NCBI GenBank assembly: GCA_041287245.1
Contig: JBEULP010000117.1
Span: 256,001 to 320,000, forward strand
DNA: 64,000 bases
From: Infirmifilum sp.
GTDB taxonomy: Archaea; Thermoproteota; Thermoprotei; Thermofilales; Thermofilaceae
Direction: 5' to 3'
Part shown: positions 38,247 to 48,508 of the stretch, in pieces
How positions within the stretch are numbered: the first letter of the stretch is position 1
Layout: each line of letters begins with the position of its first letter
Translations under genes and position numbers: made by a program
The notes under the pieces: generated by a model
Databases searched by the model: none
Told to the model about the DNA's origin: nothing
What the model saw: only the letters and a program-made list of their open reading frames with translations

Positions 38247-39092
38247 CTATCCACCCCAAACCCACGTCAAATGTGCTATAGGAGAGTAGCCTATAGTCAG
38301 GTAAACCCAGGCCAAGAGTAGCGTGGAAACAAGCATCGCCGCGAGAAAGAGGTAGTCGAGCTTTGAGAGGCTCGCCTCGTAGAGTAGTGTCTTCTTAACA
38401 GGTGCGCTAAATCCGCGGGATTCGAGAGCAATAGCTCTTATCTGCACCTTGTTCAGAGAGCTAAGCGTTAAGGGAATCACGATTGAAAGGTAGTTTTTGA
38501 TTTTAGCTATGAAGCCAACATCTGTCCTCAGTCCTCTAGCCACTTGTGCTTGAAGTATAGTCTCAGCCTCTCTCGCTAATAGTGGAATAAACTGGAAGGT
38601 TGCAACAACCATGTAAATGAGCTTGAAGGGAACCTTCATCTTAAATAATGTAGCCACGAGCTTAGCCTGATTCGTAGTCAGGAAGAAGAGGAGGGCAGTC
38701 GAAATAGCCACCGCTATCCTTAGAGGCCACGTGATACCCCACCCCAAACCCTCAAGATAGACTGGATAGTTAGCTCCAAATATGCTGATGTATCCTATTA
38801 TAGTTTTGTTCCAAGGGAATCCCAGAGGCAGGGATAGTATGGGCACGGCGAAGGCGATCCAGGGAACCACGATTATGAGTAGCGTTTGAAGAATAGGTTT
38901 TGCCACTCTGGCATAGAAAGCCATTGCTAAAGCAGCTGCAACGAAGATCAAGTTGATAAAGGGGTCGTAAAAGATATATACTATAAAGGTGGCCCAAAGG
39001 AAGAAGAGGAACTTGACACGCCCGTCTAAGCGTTGCACAAAAGTATCGACTTCTACCGCGCTCTTCTTTAGAAGCGAAACACCTACGGACAT
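38247..39092 (-). CDS. ecfT: ECF transporter transmembrane T component
   Basis: LDGRVK, AQVARG and ALESRG Ala-Arg-Gly motifs. Confidence 0.9.
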   Translation of the reverse strand: MSVGVSLLKKSAVEVDTFVQRLDGRVKFLFFLWATFIVYIFYDPFINLIFVAAALAMAFYARVAKPILQTLLIIVVPWIAFAVPILSLPLGFPWNKTIIGYISIFGANYPVYLEGLGWGITWPLRIAVAISTALLFFLTTNQAKLVATLFKMKVPFKLIYMVVATFQFIPLLAREAETILQAQVARGLRTDVGFIAKIKNYLSIVIPLTLSSLNKVQIRAIALESRGFSAPVKKTLLYEASLSKLDYLFLAAMLVSTLLLAWVYLTIGYSPIAHLTWVWGG

Positions 39093-39127
39093 AGGACTTT
39101 AACCTACAGGAAAAAAGCCTTGTTTAA

Positions 39128-39730
39128 TTATTTCGCGAGGATAAACCTCTTGGGGATGCGCTGGGCAATAATCACTGATATTACGAAACTTATGGGCTTG
39201 TCAATTATCTCGGTGAAAGCGTTTTGAGCATAGTTTGCAAGGACGAAGTTGTTTGTCGAGCTTAGCACCGCTGTGTAGACAGCTGCGGCTAAGGGCTTGT
39301 AGAGCGGCCCGCCGCCGAATATCAAGATTGATATTGCTGTTGTGAACATGGGATAGATAAGCCCATAGAGAACTATGGCTGCGATCCATGTCATGGGCTT
39401 TTTAAGATCCGTCCAGCCCATCTTCATCATAAAATACGCTATGAGAGCTATTGCCACGTTTGCAAAACCCCAAACCCAGCTTGGAAGCCCCCAGACTGTT
39501 AAAGCCATTATTATGTTGTACAGGAAACCACCGGCGGCTCCAACCCAGAAGCCTCCGATAAACGTTCCTAGGATCGTAGCCCAAGTGTCGCCCCAGATAG
39601 GCGCCTTTAGAGCCTCTACGATCACACCGCCAACGTAGTTTAAAGCAGCTATAGTCGGTATAAGGACGACAGCTATTATAGCTTTACCTGTTGGGGAGAT
39701 TTCTTTTATTTCTGAAGTCATGGTTTTCAA
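39128..39730 (-). CDS. ECF transporter substrate-binding S component (substrate unknown)
   Basis: ~200 aa multi-TM; first gene of S-T-A-A' operon. Confidence 0.8.
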   Translation of the reverse strand: MKTMTSEIKEISPTGKAIIAVVLIPTIAALNYVGGVIVEALKAPIWGDTWATILGTFIGGFWVGAAGGFLYNIIMALTVWGLPSWVWGFANVAIALIAYFMMKMGWTDLKKPMTWIAAIVLYGLIYPMFTTAISILIFGGGPLYKPLAAAVYTAVLSSTNNFVLANYAQNAFTEIIDKPISFVISVIIAQRIPKRFILAK

Positions 39731-39840
39731 TATTTTTAAGGATGGCTAGTTAATTAAGGTTTTGTCATGCATTAAATAGCAAGTTTCTGATTTTGGTATA
39801 GAGAATAACGTTATAACAGCGGGTTTTAGTTGTGTAGAAG

Positions 39841-40962
39841 GTGTTTATGAGAAAAAACCCGTTGCTTTACGTTGCGTCCTTTGCATTTATGATTGGTGTA
39901 GGATCTGTCGTTGCAACTCTTCCAGTGCTACTTAGAAACATGCACGCCGGTGAGGTTGAAGCGAGTTTAGCTGTTACGGTTTGGGGCCTGGTCTATCTTC
40001 TTTCTAACATACCCGCGGGGGTTCTAGCAGACAAGATAGGAGCAAACAGGATAATACCAGTTGCCTTTCTCCTAAATTTTCCAATCGGCCTATTGATGTA
40101 TTTTGGAAAAACCATCATAGACTATACAGTAGCGAGAGCTCTAGAGGGGTTTTTAGAGGCTCTGATCTGGACAGGAGTGATTGGTTTAGCTGTGAAGGAT
40201 GAGGAAAAGTCCAAGCTTATGGGTGTTAGTGGCGTGTATGCAGCAATAGCCTTGGGCTTTACCCTTGGGCCTGTCCTTTCTAGTATAATTGCCTCTATCT
40301 CACAAAGATTGCCTCTTCTTTTCTACTCAGCCGGCTCGTTTACAGCATTTATAGTTACCCTTCCGTTACTAAAGGCATCTCCTGTCAAGGTGTCAAAGCC
40401 CCCTATTAAGCTAAAATTAAACTTAGCAGCCTGGCTATCTCTTATGACGGCTTTTACAATAGGCTTAACCGAGAGCCTCATAGTGGTATACGCACCAGTA
40501 CTGGCATTTGAGAGTGGCTATATAGAATCACAGCTTATAGTCTCGATCTATTACCTCATGGGGCTCTTAGGGCAGATAAGCATACGTTTTCTACACAACC
40601 ATGTCATGATGGATCCTTACCTGCTCTCAGCACTCCTACTGTCAGGAATAGTAGCCCTAGGCTCACAAGGCCCCCTCATACCCATAGCAATAGGACTCCT
40701 AGGATTCTTTAACGCGCAGCTTAGCAGCAGAGCACAGGCTAAGGTAGCGGAACACATGCGGGGCGTCGAGTCCACGGGCGCGGGAATAACGAACTTCGCC
40801 TGGTCACTGGGCTATTTTCTAGGGGCTCCGCTCTACAGCGCGCTTAACCCCGGAACCTTCGAACCCCAAACTGCCGTGGGTGTCGTACTACTCGGGGTGC
40901 TCTGTTTTTACACTTCCTTATTCCTCAGAAACAGAAGGGGGGCTATCCGAGCGAATGCCTAA
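39841..40962 (+). CDS. MFS transporter
   Basis: GVLADKIG motif A, ARALEG, about 12 TM. Confidence 0.85.
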   Translation: MFMRKNPLLYVASFAFMIGVGSVVATLPVLLRNMHAGEVEASLAVTVWGLVYLLSNIPAGVLADKIGANRIIPVAFLLNFPIGLLMYFGKTIIDYTVARALEGFLEALIWTGVIGLAVKDEEKSKLMGVSGVYAAIALGFTLGPVLSSIIASISQRLPLLFYSAGSFTAFIVTLPLLKASPVKVSKPPIKLKLNLAAWLSLMTAFTIGLTESLIVVYAPVLAFESGYIESQLIVSIYYLMGLLGQISIRFLHNHVMMDPYLLSALLLSGIVALGSQGPLIPIAIGLLGFFNAQLSSRAQAKVAEHMRGVESTGAGITNFAWSLGYFLGAPLYSALNPGTFEPQTAVGVVLLGVLCFYTSLFLRNRRGAIRANA

Positions 40963-42151
40963 CCACGTAGTCGATGATTCTATCAATCTCAGACTTGAGG
41001 GATTGGGGGATCCCTGAGACTTCAGGGGTTAGGAAGCCTCTTATGAGAAGCGCTCTCGCCTCATCCTCGCTAAATCCCTTGGACATCAAATACTCTATCT
41101 TTTCACCTGCGATCGTTCCAATGGCGGCCTCGTGGGTGAGCTCGACCTCCTGTACGCGGGACGAGAGGATGGGGATGGCTTCAAGAGTTGACTTGTCGTC
41201 CATCAGAACGCCTAGGCACTCTATGTGGCCTTTTGTCTTTGTTGAGCGTGCCTCTATTTTAGCACGTGAATATATACTCGAGCCTCTAGCCGAAATGATC
41301 CGGGATACAAGCTCGGAGGAGGCTCGCTCGCCCTCTAAGACCGCTACACCACCGACATCATAGTAGCCTTCTCCGCTGCCTGCAATTACAGAGACAAGCT
41401 TCGCATGAGCATCTTCCCGCAGGAAGACCTTGGGGTCGGTCTGGAGGGACGCTACAGGGCTGTAGATCACATAATAGCTAATATACTGCCCCCCTTCATC
41501 CACATACACCGCTGTGCGGGGGCGCACATGGGTCCCCTCACCCCAGGAGTGCAGCATCGTGAAAATCAGTTTAGCGTTCTTCGCCACATAGAACTCTGAT
41601 ATCCCAATGTGTAGCCCCCCTCTCTTCCCATGGGGTACCAGGCATCCCGTAGTAACTATAGCCTCTGCCCCCTCATCCACATAGACAATGTTATGCGCAT
41701 GCTGAACTTCGTTTTCACCGGTAAAGAGGCTCAGGCATGTGTAGATAGGCCACGGTGTTTTTACATTTGGAGGTACGTAAATAAAATATCCCGTCTCTTT
41801 TCCGTAAAGATAGGTATGTGCTGTATATTTATCTGTGTCTGGAGGTATAAGCTTCCAGGCAAGCCTTCGCGCAAGCTCATTCCTCTCTAGTGCGCGGTTT
41901 AGAGGTTCAACGATAACGCCTATTCCTTTAAACTTCTCAGCCATTGCCTTTGCTAACGCCGTTTCCCCCCACTGGAAATAACTAAGCTGTTTGTAAGTGA
42001 CTCCAACCTTCTCCTCAATAGATCTTTCAAGGCCATCGGTGAAGCCCTCCTCCGTACTTAGAGGATTAGCTGACTTGTATATGGATAAGTCGATGTCAGG
42101 TCCATATGGTGCAGGCTTGTTTAGAGCCTTAAGCACAGAATCCTTATTCAT
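40943..42151 (-). CDS. sufB: SufB/SufD-family Fe-S scaffold (SmsB-like)
   Basis: GHIECLG, ELTHEAAIG, EYLMSKG; ATG 42151 overlapping sufC stop. Confidence 0.9.
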   Translation of the reverse strand: MNKDSVLKALNKPAPYGPDIDLSIYKSANPLSTEEGFTDGLERSIEEKVGVTYKQLSYFQWGETALAKAMAEKFKGIGVIVEPLNRALERNELARRLAWKLIPPDTDKYTAHTYLYGKETGYFIYVPPNVKTPWPIYTCLSLFTGENEVQHAHNIVYVDEGAEAIVTTGCLVPHGKRGGLHIGISEFYVAKNAKLIFTMLHSWGEGTHVRPRTAVYVDEGGQYISYYVIYSPVASLQTDPKVFLREDAHAKLVSVIAGSGEGYYDVGGVAVLEGERASSELVSRIISARGSSIYSRAKIEARSTKTKGHIECLGVLMDDKSTLEAIPILSSRVQEVELTHEAAIGTIAGEKIEYLMSKGFSEDEARALLIRGFLTPEVSGIPQSLKSEIDRIIDYVVRHSLG

Positions 42152-42872
42152 TGCAAACACCCTCAAACCCCTTCTCTTCAAGATTACTCAAAAGCTCTAG
42201 TGCATCTCCATCGCAGACCACGCGGCCTTCCCGTAGGATAAACCCACGGGCCGTCCTACCTATTTGCTCAGCTAAGAGTCTTGTATGTGTAACCACTACG
42301 ATTCCCGTGTTGAATTTCCCGGCAAGGAAGTTTAGAGTGCCGGCTATAAGCTTCACGCTGTCAACATCAACCCCGCTGTCAGGCTCGTCTAGCAAGGCAA
42401 ACCTCGGTTTAAGTAGCGCTGTAAAGAAGACTTCAACTCGTTTCCGCTCTCCTCCGCTAAATCCCTTAAATGCATCCCTGTTTAAAAGGTATTCAATGTC
42501 TAGCATCTCAGCTAGTTGCGATACCAGATCCTCGGATCCGAAGCGTTTAGCAATAAGTTCAGCTAGCCTTGAGACGGTAAGCCCCGTAAGCTCCGGGGGA
42601 ATCTGGTAAGATAGTACTACACCTTTTACAGCTCTCGAGTATGCTGGAAGCTGGGTAATATCTTCGCTGTCCAAGAGTATTTTCCCCCTGGTTATTCTTA
42701 CTCTAGGTAGGCCGGCTATAGCGGATAGAAGCGTTGTTTTTCCAGCGCCGTTCGGACCAAATAACAAGATTCTTTCACCGCTTCTAATTGTTAAACTTAC
42801 ATCTCTAACTATCTCGCTATGATCTATTGACGCTCCAAGATTTTCAACAGAAAGTGCTGAGCTATGGGTCAT
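42144..42872 (-). CDS. sufC: SufC-family ABC ATPase (SmsC-like)
   Basis: GPNGAGKTT, GFSGGERKR, LDEPDSGVD; C-terminal C-x19-C. Confidence 0.9.
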   Translation of the reverse strand: MTHSSALSVENLGASIDHSEIVRDVSLTIRSGERILLFGPNGAGKTTLLSAIAGLPRVRITRGKILLDSEDITQLPAYSRAVKGVVLSYQIPPELTGLTVSRLAELIAKRFGSEDLVSQLAEMLDIEYLLNRDAFKGFSGGERKRVEVFFTALLKPRFALLDEPDSGVDVDSVKLIAGTLNFLAGKFNTGIVVVTHTRLLAEQIGRTARGFILREGRVVCDGDALELLSNLEEKGFEGVCNE

Positions 42873-42993
42873 TCCTAGGATAAATTTAAGCAAGCTAGAT
42901 AAAGCTTATGCAAGTCTCTAGGGCGAAAATCGGTTGCAATCCTGCCCTTTATCGTCATAAGGAATAAATCTAAAAACCACGGGTTTAATACAT

Positions 42994-43788
42994 ATGGTTC
43001 TGGAAGTAAATCTCATAGGAAAAAAGGCGCTTGTCACTGGAGCGTCAAGCGGGATCGGATTAGGCGTAGCAAAGGTTTTTTCACTAGCGGGGGCGGATGT
43101 AGTAATACTTTCCAGAAGCTCGGAAAAGCTCGAGAATGCTTTAAGAGAAATTAAAAATTTCTCGGGTCGTGAGGCACAGGCTATTCAAGCCGATCTGACA
43201 AAGGAAGAGGATCTCGAAAGAGTTGTTCAATATTTAGAAGAGAAGTTCACCCCAGATATACTCTTCTACTCGACCGGTGGGCCAAAACCAGGAAGCTTCC
43301 TAGACTTCTCGATGCAGGACTGGGAAGAGGCTTTTCATTTATTGGTCTACCCCGCGATAAAACTTACGCGCCAGCTTTTACCGCATATGATCTCGAAGAA
43401 ATGGGGAAGGATAATATACCTTACAAGCCTCGCGATAAAGGAGCCTCTACCAAACCTAGCTTTAAGCAACGTTATTAGAATAAGCTTCGCCGGCCTTGTA
43501 AGGACTCTTGCTCGCGAAGTAGGCAAGCATGGCATCACTGTTAACGGCATAATGCCAGGCATAATTCAGACACAGCGCGTGGAGGAGATAGCTATTAGTA
43601 ACGCAAAAAAGGAAGGTATTTCCTACGAGGAATCCCTTAGAAGGCTGACTACCGATATCCCTGCAGGGCGTCTAGGCAAGCCTGAAGAGATAGGTTATAT
43701 AGCCGCATTCCTAGCCAGCGACTACGCCTCATACATCAATGGAGCTATGATCCCCGTAGACGGAGGAAGACAAGTATCAGTTTTCTAA
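42994..43788 (+). CDS. SDR-family oxidoreductase (atypical, S-N-x-x-R active-site variant)
   Basis: TGASSGIG, TGGPKPG, LSNVIR, NGIMPG, VDGG. Confidence 0.9.
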   Translation: MVLEVNLIGKKALVTGASSGIGLGVAKVFSLAGADVVILSRSSEKLENALREIKNFSGREAQAIQADLTKEEDLERVVQYLEEKFTPDILFYSTGGPKPGSFLDFSMQDWEEAFHLLVYPAIKLTRQLLPHMISKKWGRIIYLTSLAIKEPLPNLALSNVIRISFAGLVRTLAREVGKHGITVNGIMPGIIQTQRVEEIAISNAKKEGISYEESLRRLTTDIPAGRLGKPEEIGYIAAFLASDYASYINGAMIPVDGGRQVSVF

Positions 43789-43860
43789 ATTGACCTATGC
43801 ATAGCATTTAAATAATCTCGCTCAATGGCAACTCCATAAAAATGGAAAAGGTGAACCTTA

Positions 43861-44502
43861 TTGCCTCCACCACCCGAGGTCATCCCGCGCGCTTCAATGC
43901 TCTTCTTCTCATTAGATGTTGTATCTTTCCTAGCCTTGCTCATGCTTTGTTATTTCCTCTACAGAGCATTACTAATCAGTAAGATCAAGCTTTTCGCCTT
44001 CTTCTTTTTTGGCTTCGCAGCTCTTGCCGCTGGAGAATTTGCACATATCCTAGTACTCCTAACCGCTTTCACAACCGGGGCTAGCGGTTTAAGAATTCTC
44101 TTCTTAACTCACGCTATAGGCGTTATACCACAAATAGCAGAATCTATTGCTCTACTATTTATCGCCGCCGGATATACTCTCGAGACCAGATCTAAGTTAT
44201 TGGAGGTATTTGTACTTTTACAGTTTAGGCGCACCTGGTTCAGCGAATTCTATCTTACAAGCATCATAAACACTGCACTATTGGTTTACATAGTGATAAA
44301 CTCGCTTAGTGTATATTTTGCATCGAGGAAGAAACAAGCGAGTTTTCCAGCGATAGCTTTCTCGCTAATGCTACTCTCAAATGCTCTCTTAATACCCTCT
44401 CTTCTACTTGCAGACGAGCTCTTGTTCCTACTCTCGAAATTGCTACACATCCTGGGGCTCCTGGTGCTTATGCTCCTCGCAGTTGAGGTGTCGCGGGCTT
44501 GA
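43861..44502 (+). CDS. Multi-pass (6-7 TM) membrane protein, possible sensor
   Basis: Almost wholly hydrophobic helices; 4-nt overlap with downstream wHTH gene. Confidence 0.7.
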   Translation: MPPPPEVIPRASMLFFSLDVVSFLALLMLCYFLYRALLISKIKLFAFFFFGFAALAAGEFAHILVLLTAFTTGASGLRILFLTHAIGVIPQIAESIALLFIAAGYTLETRSKLLEVFVLLQFRRTWFSEFYLTSIINTALLVYIVINSLSVYFASRKKQASFPAIAFSLMLLSNALLIPSLLLADELLFLLSKLLHILGLLVLMLLAVEVSRA

Positions 44503-44774
44503 GCACTAGGAGATCCCGACTCCGAATGATAGCTGATATTCTTAGAGTTGTAGAGGAAAGCGGCGAGGCTAATATTACCAAAATTTTACTTGAAGCCAAT
44601 TTATCTTATTCTCGTCTATCAAAATACCTTGATGAGCTTGTAGCCAAGGGTTTTCTAGTCAAAGTATCAGATAGCAGAGAGGTGAAATTCAGGGTGACTA
44701 GGAAGGGGGTTGAGTTTTTAAGAGAGTTCAATAAGATTCAACAACTAGCCGAGGCTTTCGGCATTGAACTTTAA
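44499..44774 (+). CDS. Winged-helix transcriptional regulator (HTH_45-like)
   Basis: RRSRLRMIADIL, ANLSYSRLSKYLDEL, VTRKGVEFL. Confidence 0.88.
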   Translation: MSTRRSRLRMIADILRVVEESGEANITKILLEANLSYSRLSKYLDELVAKGFLVKVSDSREVKFRVTRKGVEFLREFNKIQQLAEAFGIEL

Positions 44775-44837
44775 ACTTTTATGTGACTAGACTTTTGGTT
44801 CATAATCCTTTTAATATAAAGAACATTTAGGTGTTCG

Positions 44838-46571
44838 ATGATCAACGAGAAAAGGCTACTCATAGCCGTATTAGTAGCTCTCCTAATGACGTTAACATCA
44901 GTAGCTTTTAGTGAAGGTGGAGTGGGTGTAGGAGGCGTCGTTATCGACGTCAACGGGAACCCGATACCTAACGTTCAGGTAGTGGTTTACGACGCTAACA
45001 ATGCCGTCGCAGGAACGACATCTACAGGAGCCGACGGGCATTTTATAATCTCTGTTCTTCCAGGATCATATACTGTCAAGCTATCGAAGCCTGGTTATGT
45101 GGACAAAACTGTACAGGTGACGGTGAGTAAAACGACGCTTTATGCCGATCTTGGCACAATTACGTTAGACTATAGTATTAAGATCTCTTTAACAACAGCC
45201 TTCCTTTCTGTTCCCATTCTGAATACTGTTACAATCCCTGTCGCGATAACAAACCAGGGGAGTTCGCCTGAAAACATCTCGATAGATATAGAGCCACAAT
45301 GTGGAATACAGGTAGCCATGCTTGCATCAGGCATAGCAGTTAGCGAGCTTAAGCTAAACCCAGGTGAGACACAAAGTCTTACCCTAAGCCTGTCTACTCC
45401 CTATCTTCCCTCTCAGGATTGCAAGGTTAAAATATTTTTTATTGGCTCGGTAGCTCTTGAAAGAGACATAACCCTTAAGATAGTGAACCAAACTCTAGGA
45501 ATATTATCAACACAGTTGACCTCCTTCCAGGTTAATCCAGGCTCAACTGTACAGTTGCAAATAAAAGTGACGAATCCGCTACCAAAAACCATTAGAACAG
45601 CACTTTCTCTAGAACTGCCACCCAACTGGGTTGGGAGTCTAACTAGCGGGTCACTGGTTGTCAACCAGTTAAGCCTGAACCCCGGCGAGACCGTTCAAAT
45701 ACAAATGAGTATTGGGGTTCCTAAGCAAGCACAGCCTGGTAACTATGTTGTGACCGTTATAGCTACCGGACTTTCTCCATATTTCATCGAGAAACTTCCA
45801 ATAAACATCGAAGTCGTCATCGGCAATCCTCTTCTTCGACTCGAAACGACAACTCCGCATGTGGATGTCTATGCAGGACAGACAGCTAAGTTTGGATTTA
45901 CTATTGAAAATCTAGGCGACGCTGACTGTGTAGCTGGATTTCAGGTACAAGGACTACCACAAGATTATCGTTGGAACATTGTCGACCAGCAGGGAAATGT
46001 TTTCTCACAAGTCTACCTGAAAGCTGGCGGTACACTAACATTATACCTTAGCGTGTTTGTTCCGCCTTTGGCTGAACCATCACTCATTTCCCTGAATCTG
46101 ATTGCTTCTGCAAACGCCTCTCGAGACTCGATTCCCTTAACGTTGGGTGTTTTGGGAAGGTATCAGCTTAGCTTTGTAACTCAAAACTTTTATATGGAGA
46201 TGACCCCGGGCTCGAATGGGACTTTCTCCGTACAGGTGAAGAACACCGGGTATAGTACGGTAACAAATGTAGCTTTAGGGGCATCAACATCAGCGAGTGG
46301 TTTTACAGTTTCTATAAGTCCAAGCTCTGTACCGATGTTAAAACCGGGGGATACAGCGACTTTTCAGGTATCAATATCCGTTGACCCTACAACGGATGCA
46401 GGTGATTATTACGTGACTCTACTTTTGAAAGGAGACAACATAGAGCCCCTGCAAAGGGATCTTCACGTATACGTAAGACCTGCTAATAGTCCCATTTATT
46501 ATATCGCCGGGGCTGCTCTATTACTTATAATTGGTGTTTTTCTAGCTTATAGAAAATTTGGTAGGAGGTGA
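44838..46571 (+). CDS. Exported NEW3/Ig-like repeat protein with carboxypeptidase-regulatory-like N-domain (COG1470-like)
   Basis: Signal peptide; repeated LNPGET/LKPGDT, PGNY/AGDY motifs; C-terminal TM + RKFGRR. Confidence 0.85.
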   Translation: MINEKRLLIAVLVALLMTLTSVAFSEGGVGVGGVVIDVNGNPIPNVQVVVYDANNAVAGTTSTGADGHFIISVLPGSYTVKLSKPGYVDKTVQVTVSKTTLYADLGTITLDYSIKISLTTAFLSVPILNTVTIPVAITNQGSSPENISIDIEPQCGIQVAMLASGIAVSELKLNPGETQSLTLSLSTPYLPSQDCKVKIFFIGSVALERDITLKIVNQTLGILSTQLTSFQVNPGSTVQLQIKVTNPLPKTIRTALSLELPPNWVGSLTSGSLVVNQLSLNPGETVQIQMSIGVPKQAQPGNYVVTVIATGLSPYFIEKLPINIEVVIGNPLLRLETTTPHVDVYAGQTAKFGFTIENLGDADCVAGFQVQGLPQDYRWNIVDQQGNVFSQVYLKAGGTLTLYLSVFVPPLAEPSLISLNLIASANASRDSIPLTLGVLGRYQLSFVTQNFYMEMTPGSNGTFSVQVKNTGYSTVTNVALGASTSASGFTVSISPSSVPMLKPGDTATFQVSISVDPTTDAGDYYVTLLLKGDNIEPLQRDLHVYVRPANSPIYYIAGAALLLIIGVFLAYRKFGRR

Positions 46572-46578
46572 GTTTGAT

Positions 46579-47523
46579 ATGGAATGGGCAGTTGAAACGG
46601 AAGGAATTGTGAAGATATATCGGGATAGAACAGGGGAGGTTAAAGCATTGGATAATGTGAACATAAGGGTTCCTCGAGGAGTACTCTTTGGTCTCTTCGG
46701 TCCCAACGGATCTGGAAAAACAACGTTAATATCAATACTTGTAGGCTTACAGCTTCCCACAGAAGGAACGGCGAGAGTTCTAGGCTTTGACAGCTTAAAG
46801 GAGTCGCTTGAGATTAGGAAGAGGGTCGGCTTACTACCTGAAAACTATGGTTTCTATGAGTATATGACGGCTTTCGAGAATCTCAGGTTCCTAGGGAGGT
46901 TGGACGGAATACCCGGATCAGAGCTAGATGAAAAAATTAACAAGGTATTAGATTTGGTAGGTCTAAAAGAACGAGCAAACACCAAGGTAAAGGCGTTTTC
47001 AAGAGGAATGACGCAGAGGCTTGCGCTGGCACAAGCTCTACTCAAGGATCCGGAGCTTCTTATTTTAGATGAACCTACTCTAGGACTTGACCCTCAGGGA
47101 ACAGCTACCTTCCGAGAACTAGTGTCCCAACTGGTAAAAGAGGGAAAAACCATATTGATTTCCACACACCTTTTACACGAGATCGGTTTTATCTGCACAC
47201 ACGCTGCTTTTATTCGTAAAGGAAAGATAGTGGCGCAAGGAAGTCTAGAGGAACTGGCAAAGCCCTACCGGGAGTCTAAGGGTTTCAGCTATGAAATAAC
47301 GGTACAGGGTAGCCCGGAGGATCTTCTAAAAGAGATTAGGAAGCTCCCTGAGGTGATCGAGGTTCGCCTAAAGAACAACACAATATACGTAAGAACCTCT
47401 AAAGACATGGGAACTGAGATGCGCAATCTAGCTGGTAAAATCCCAGTTAAGTCCTTTGTTGAACGCTCGCCAAGTTGGGATGAATTATATCAGTTTTATC
47501 ATGGGGGTGGTTGGGGTGAGTGA
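46579..47523 (+). CDS. ABC-2 type exporter ATPase
   Basis: GPNGSGKTT, FSRGMTQR, LDEPTLGLD; GGAGGTGA SD before ATG 46579. Confidence 0.92.
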   Translation: MEWAVETEGIVKIYRDRTGEVKALDNVNIRVPRGVLFGLFGPNGSGKTTLISILVGLQLPTEGTARVLGFDSLKESLEIRKRVGLLPENYGFYEYMTAFENLRFLGRLDGIPGSELDEKINKVLDLVGLKERANTKVKAFSRGMTQRLALAQALLKDPELLILDEPTLGLDPQGTATFRELVSQLVKEGKTILISTHLLHEIGFICTHAAFIRKGKIVAQGSLEELAKPYRESKGFSYEITVQGSPEDLLKEIRKLPEVIEVRLKNNTIYVRTSKDMGTEMRNLAGKIPVKSFVERSPSWDELYQFYHGGGWGE

Positions 47524-48460
47524 GAGAATTCTTGTTATAACTCGGAAAGAGTTATCGGAAAACTTCAAAAGCATGAGATACTGGGGCCTTATAGGCCTCT
47601 TCATACTTCTCTTCACAGCAATGTCGGCTGCGATAGGAAGCGCCATAAGAGGGCTAAGAATTCCGGGAATGGAGTTCGGCGGAGGTAGATTCGTAGTACA
47701 ACTTGCAACGAGCATATCAAACTCCATGTTATATATGGCGCCTCTACTTGGAATTGCACTTGGATTCGCGGCTATTGCAGCAGAGCGTGAGAAGGGGACT
47801 CTCCGACTTGTACTAGCTAGACCCATCTACAGAGATCAGGTTCTAAACGGTAAAATCCTAGCGGCTTTTATCCTCATCTTCTTTGCAATATTTACTTCAA
47901 CAGTTATAGCACTTCCAATATCCATTGCGCTGCATGGACTAACTGTTACCACGGATGATCTGGTAAGGCTGTTTATCAGCATGACCCCCTCTACACTTCT
48001 AGCCTTAGCTTACTATGCCCTTGCCCTCTTCGTCTCTGTACTCAGCGATAGATCAAGCCGAGCATTTCTCTATGCATTAATAGCTTGGATCTTCTTTACT
48101 TTCATACTACCAATAATCGCGTCCCTGATAGCACTTTCCATACTAGGACCTCCACCAGCCGTGTCTTTTAACTTCTCAGCCGCGGGTAATCGGAGCGCTA
48201 TTCCACCACAACTGTTGCAGTACGAGCAGAAATCAAGCCAAATAACGAGTAGCGTCCTCTTAATTTCTCCAAACAGCAGGTATACCTCTTTCATGAACGC
48301 CTTGTTCTCGAGGGCAAGACAAGGAACGAACACCTATTATACAAATCTACTGACAGTCTTTGCTACAAGGTGGATCGACTTAACTGTATTAATCGCCTAC
48401 GTAGTAGTCTTCATCGCACTATCATACATATTCTTCGTACGAAGACAAGAAGTAAGATAG
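47516..48460 (+). CDS. ABC-2 type exporter permease
   Basis: AIAAEREKGTLRLVLARPIYR...GK motif; GTG 47516 preferred. Confidence 0.9.
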   Translation: MSERILVITRKELSENFKSMRYWGLIGLFILLFTAMSAAIGSAIRGLRIPGMEFGGGRFVVQLATSISNSMLYMAPLLGIALGFAAIAAEREKGTLRLVLARPIYRDQVLNGKILAAFILIFFAIFTSTVIALPISIALHGLTVTTDDLVRLFISMTPSTLLALAYYALALFVSVLSDRSSRAFLYALIAWIFFTFILPIIASLIALSILGPPPAVSFNFSAAGNRSAIPPQLLQYEQKSSQITSSVLLISPNSRYTSFMNALFSRARQGTNTYYTNLLTVFATRWIDLTVLIAYVVVFIALSYIFFVRRQEVR

Positions 48461-48508
48461 CCTACTTCAAAAGAATCTTTTTCTGCTTTTAACCTTCATG
48501 TAAATCCT

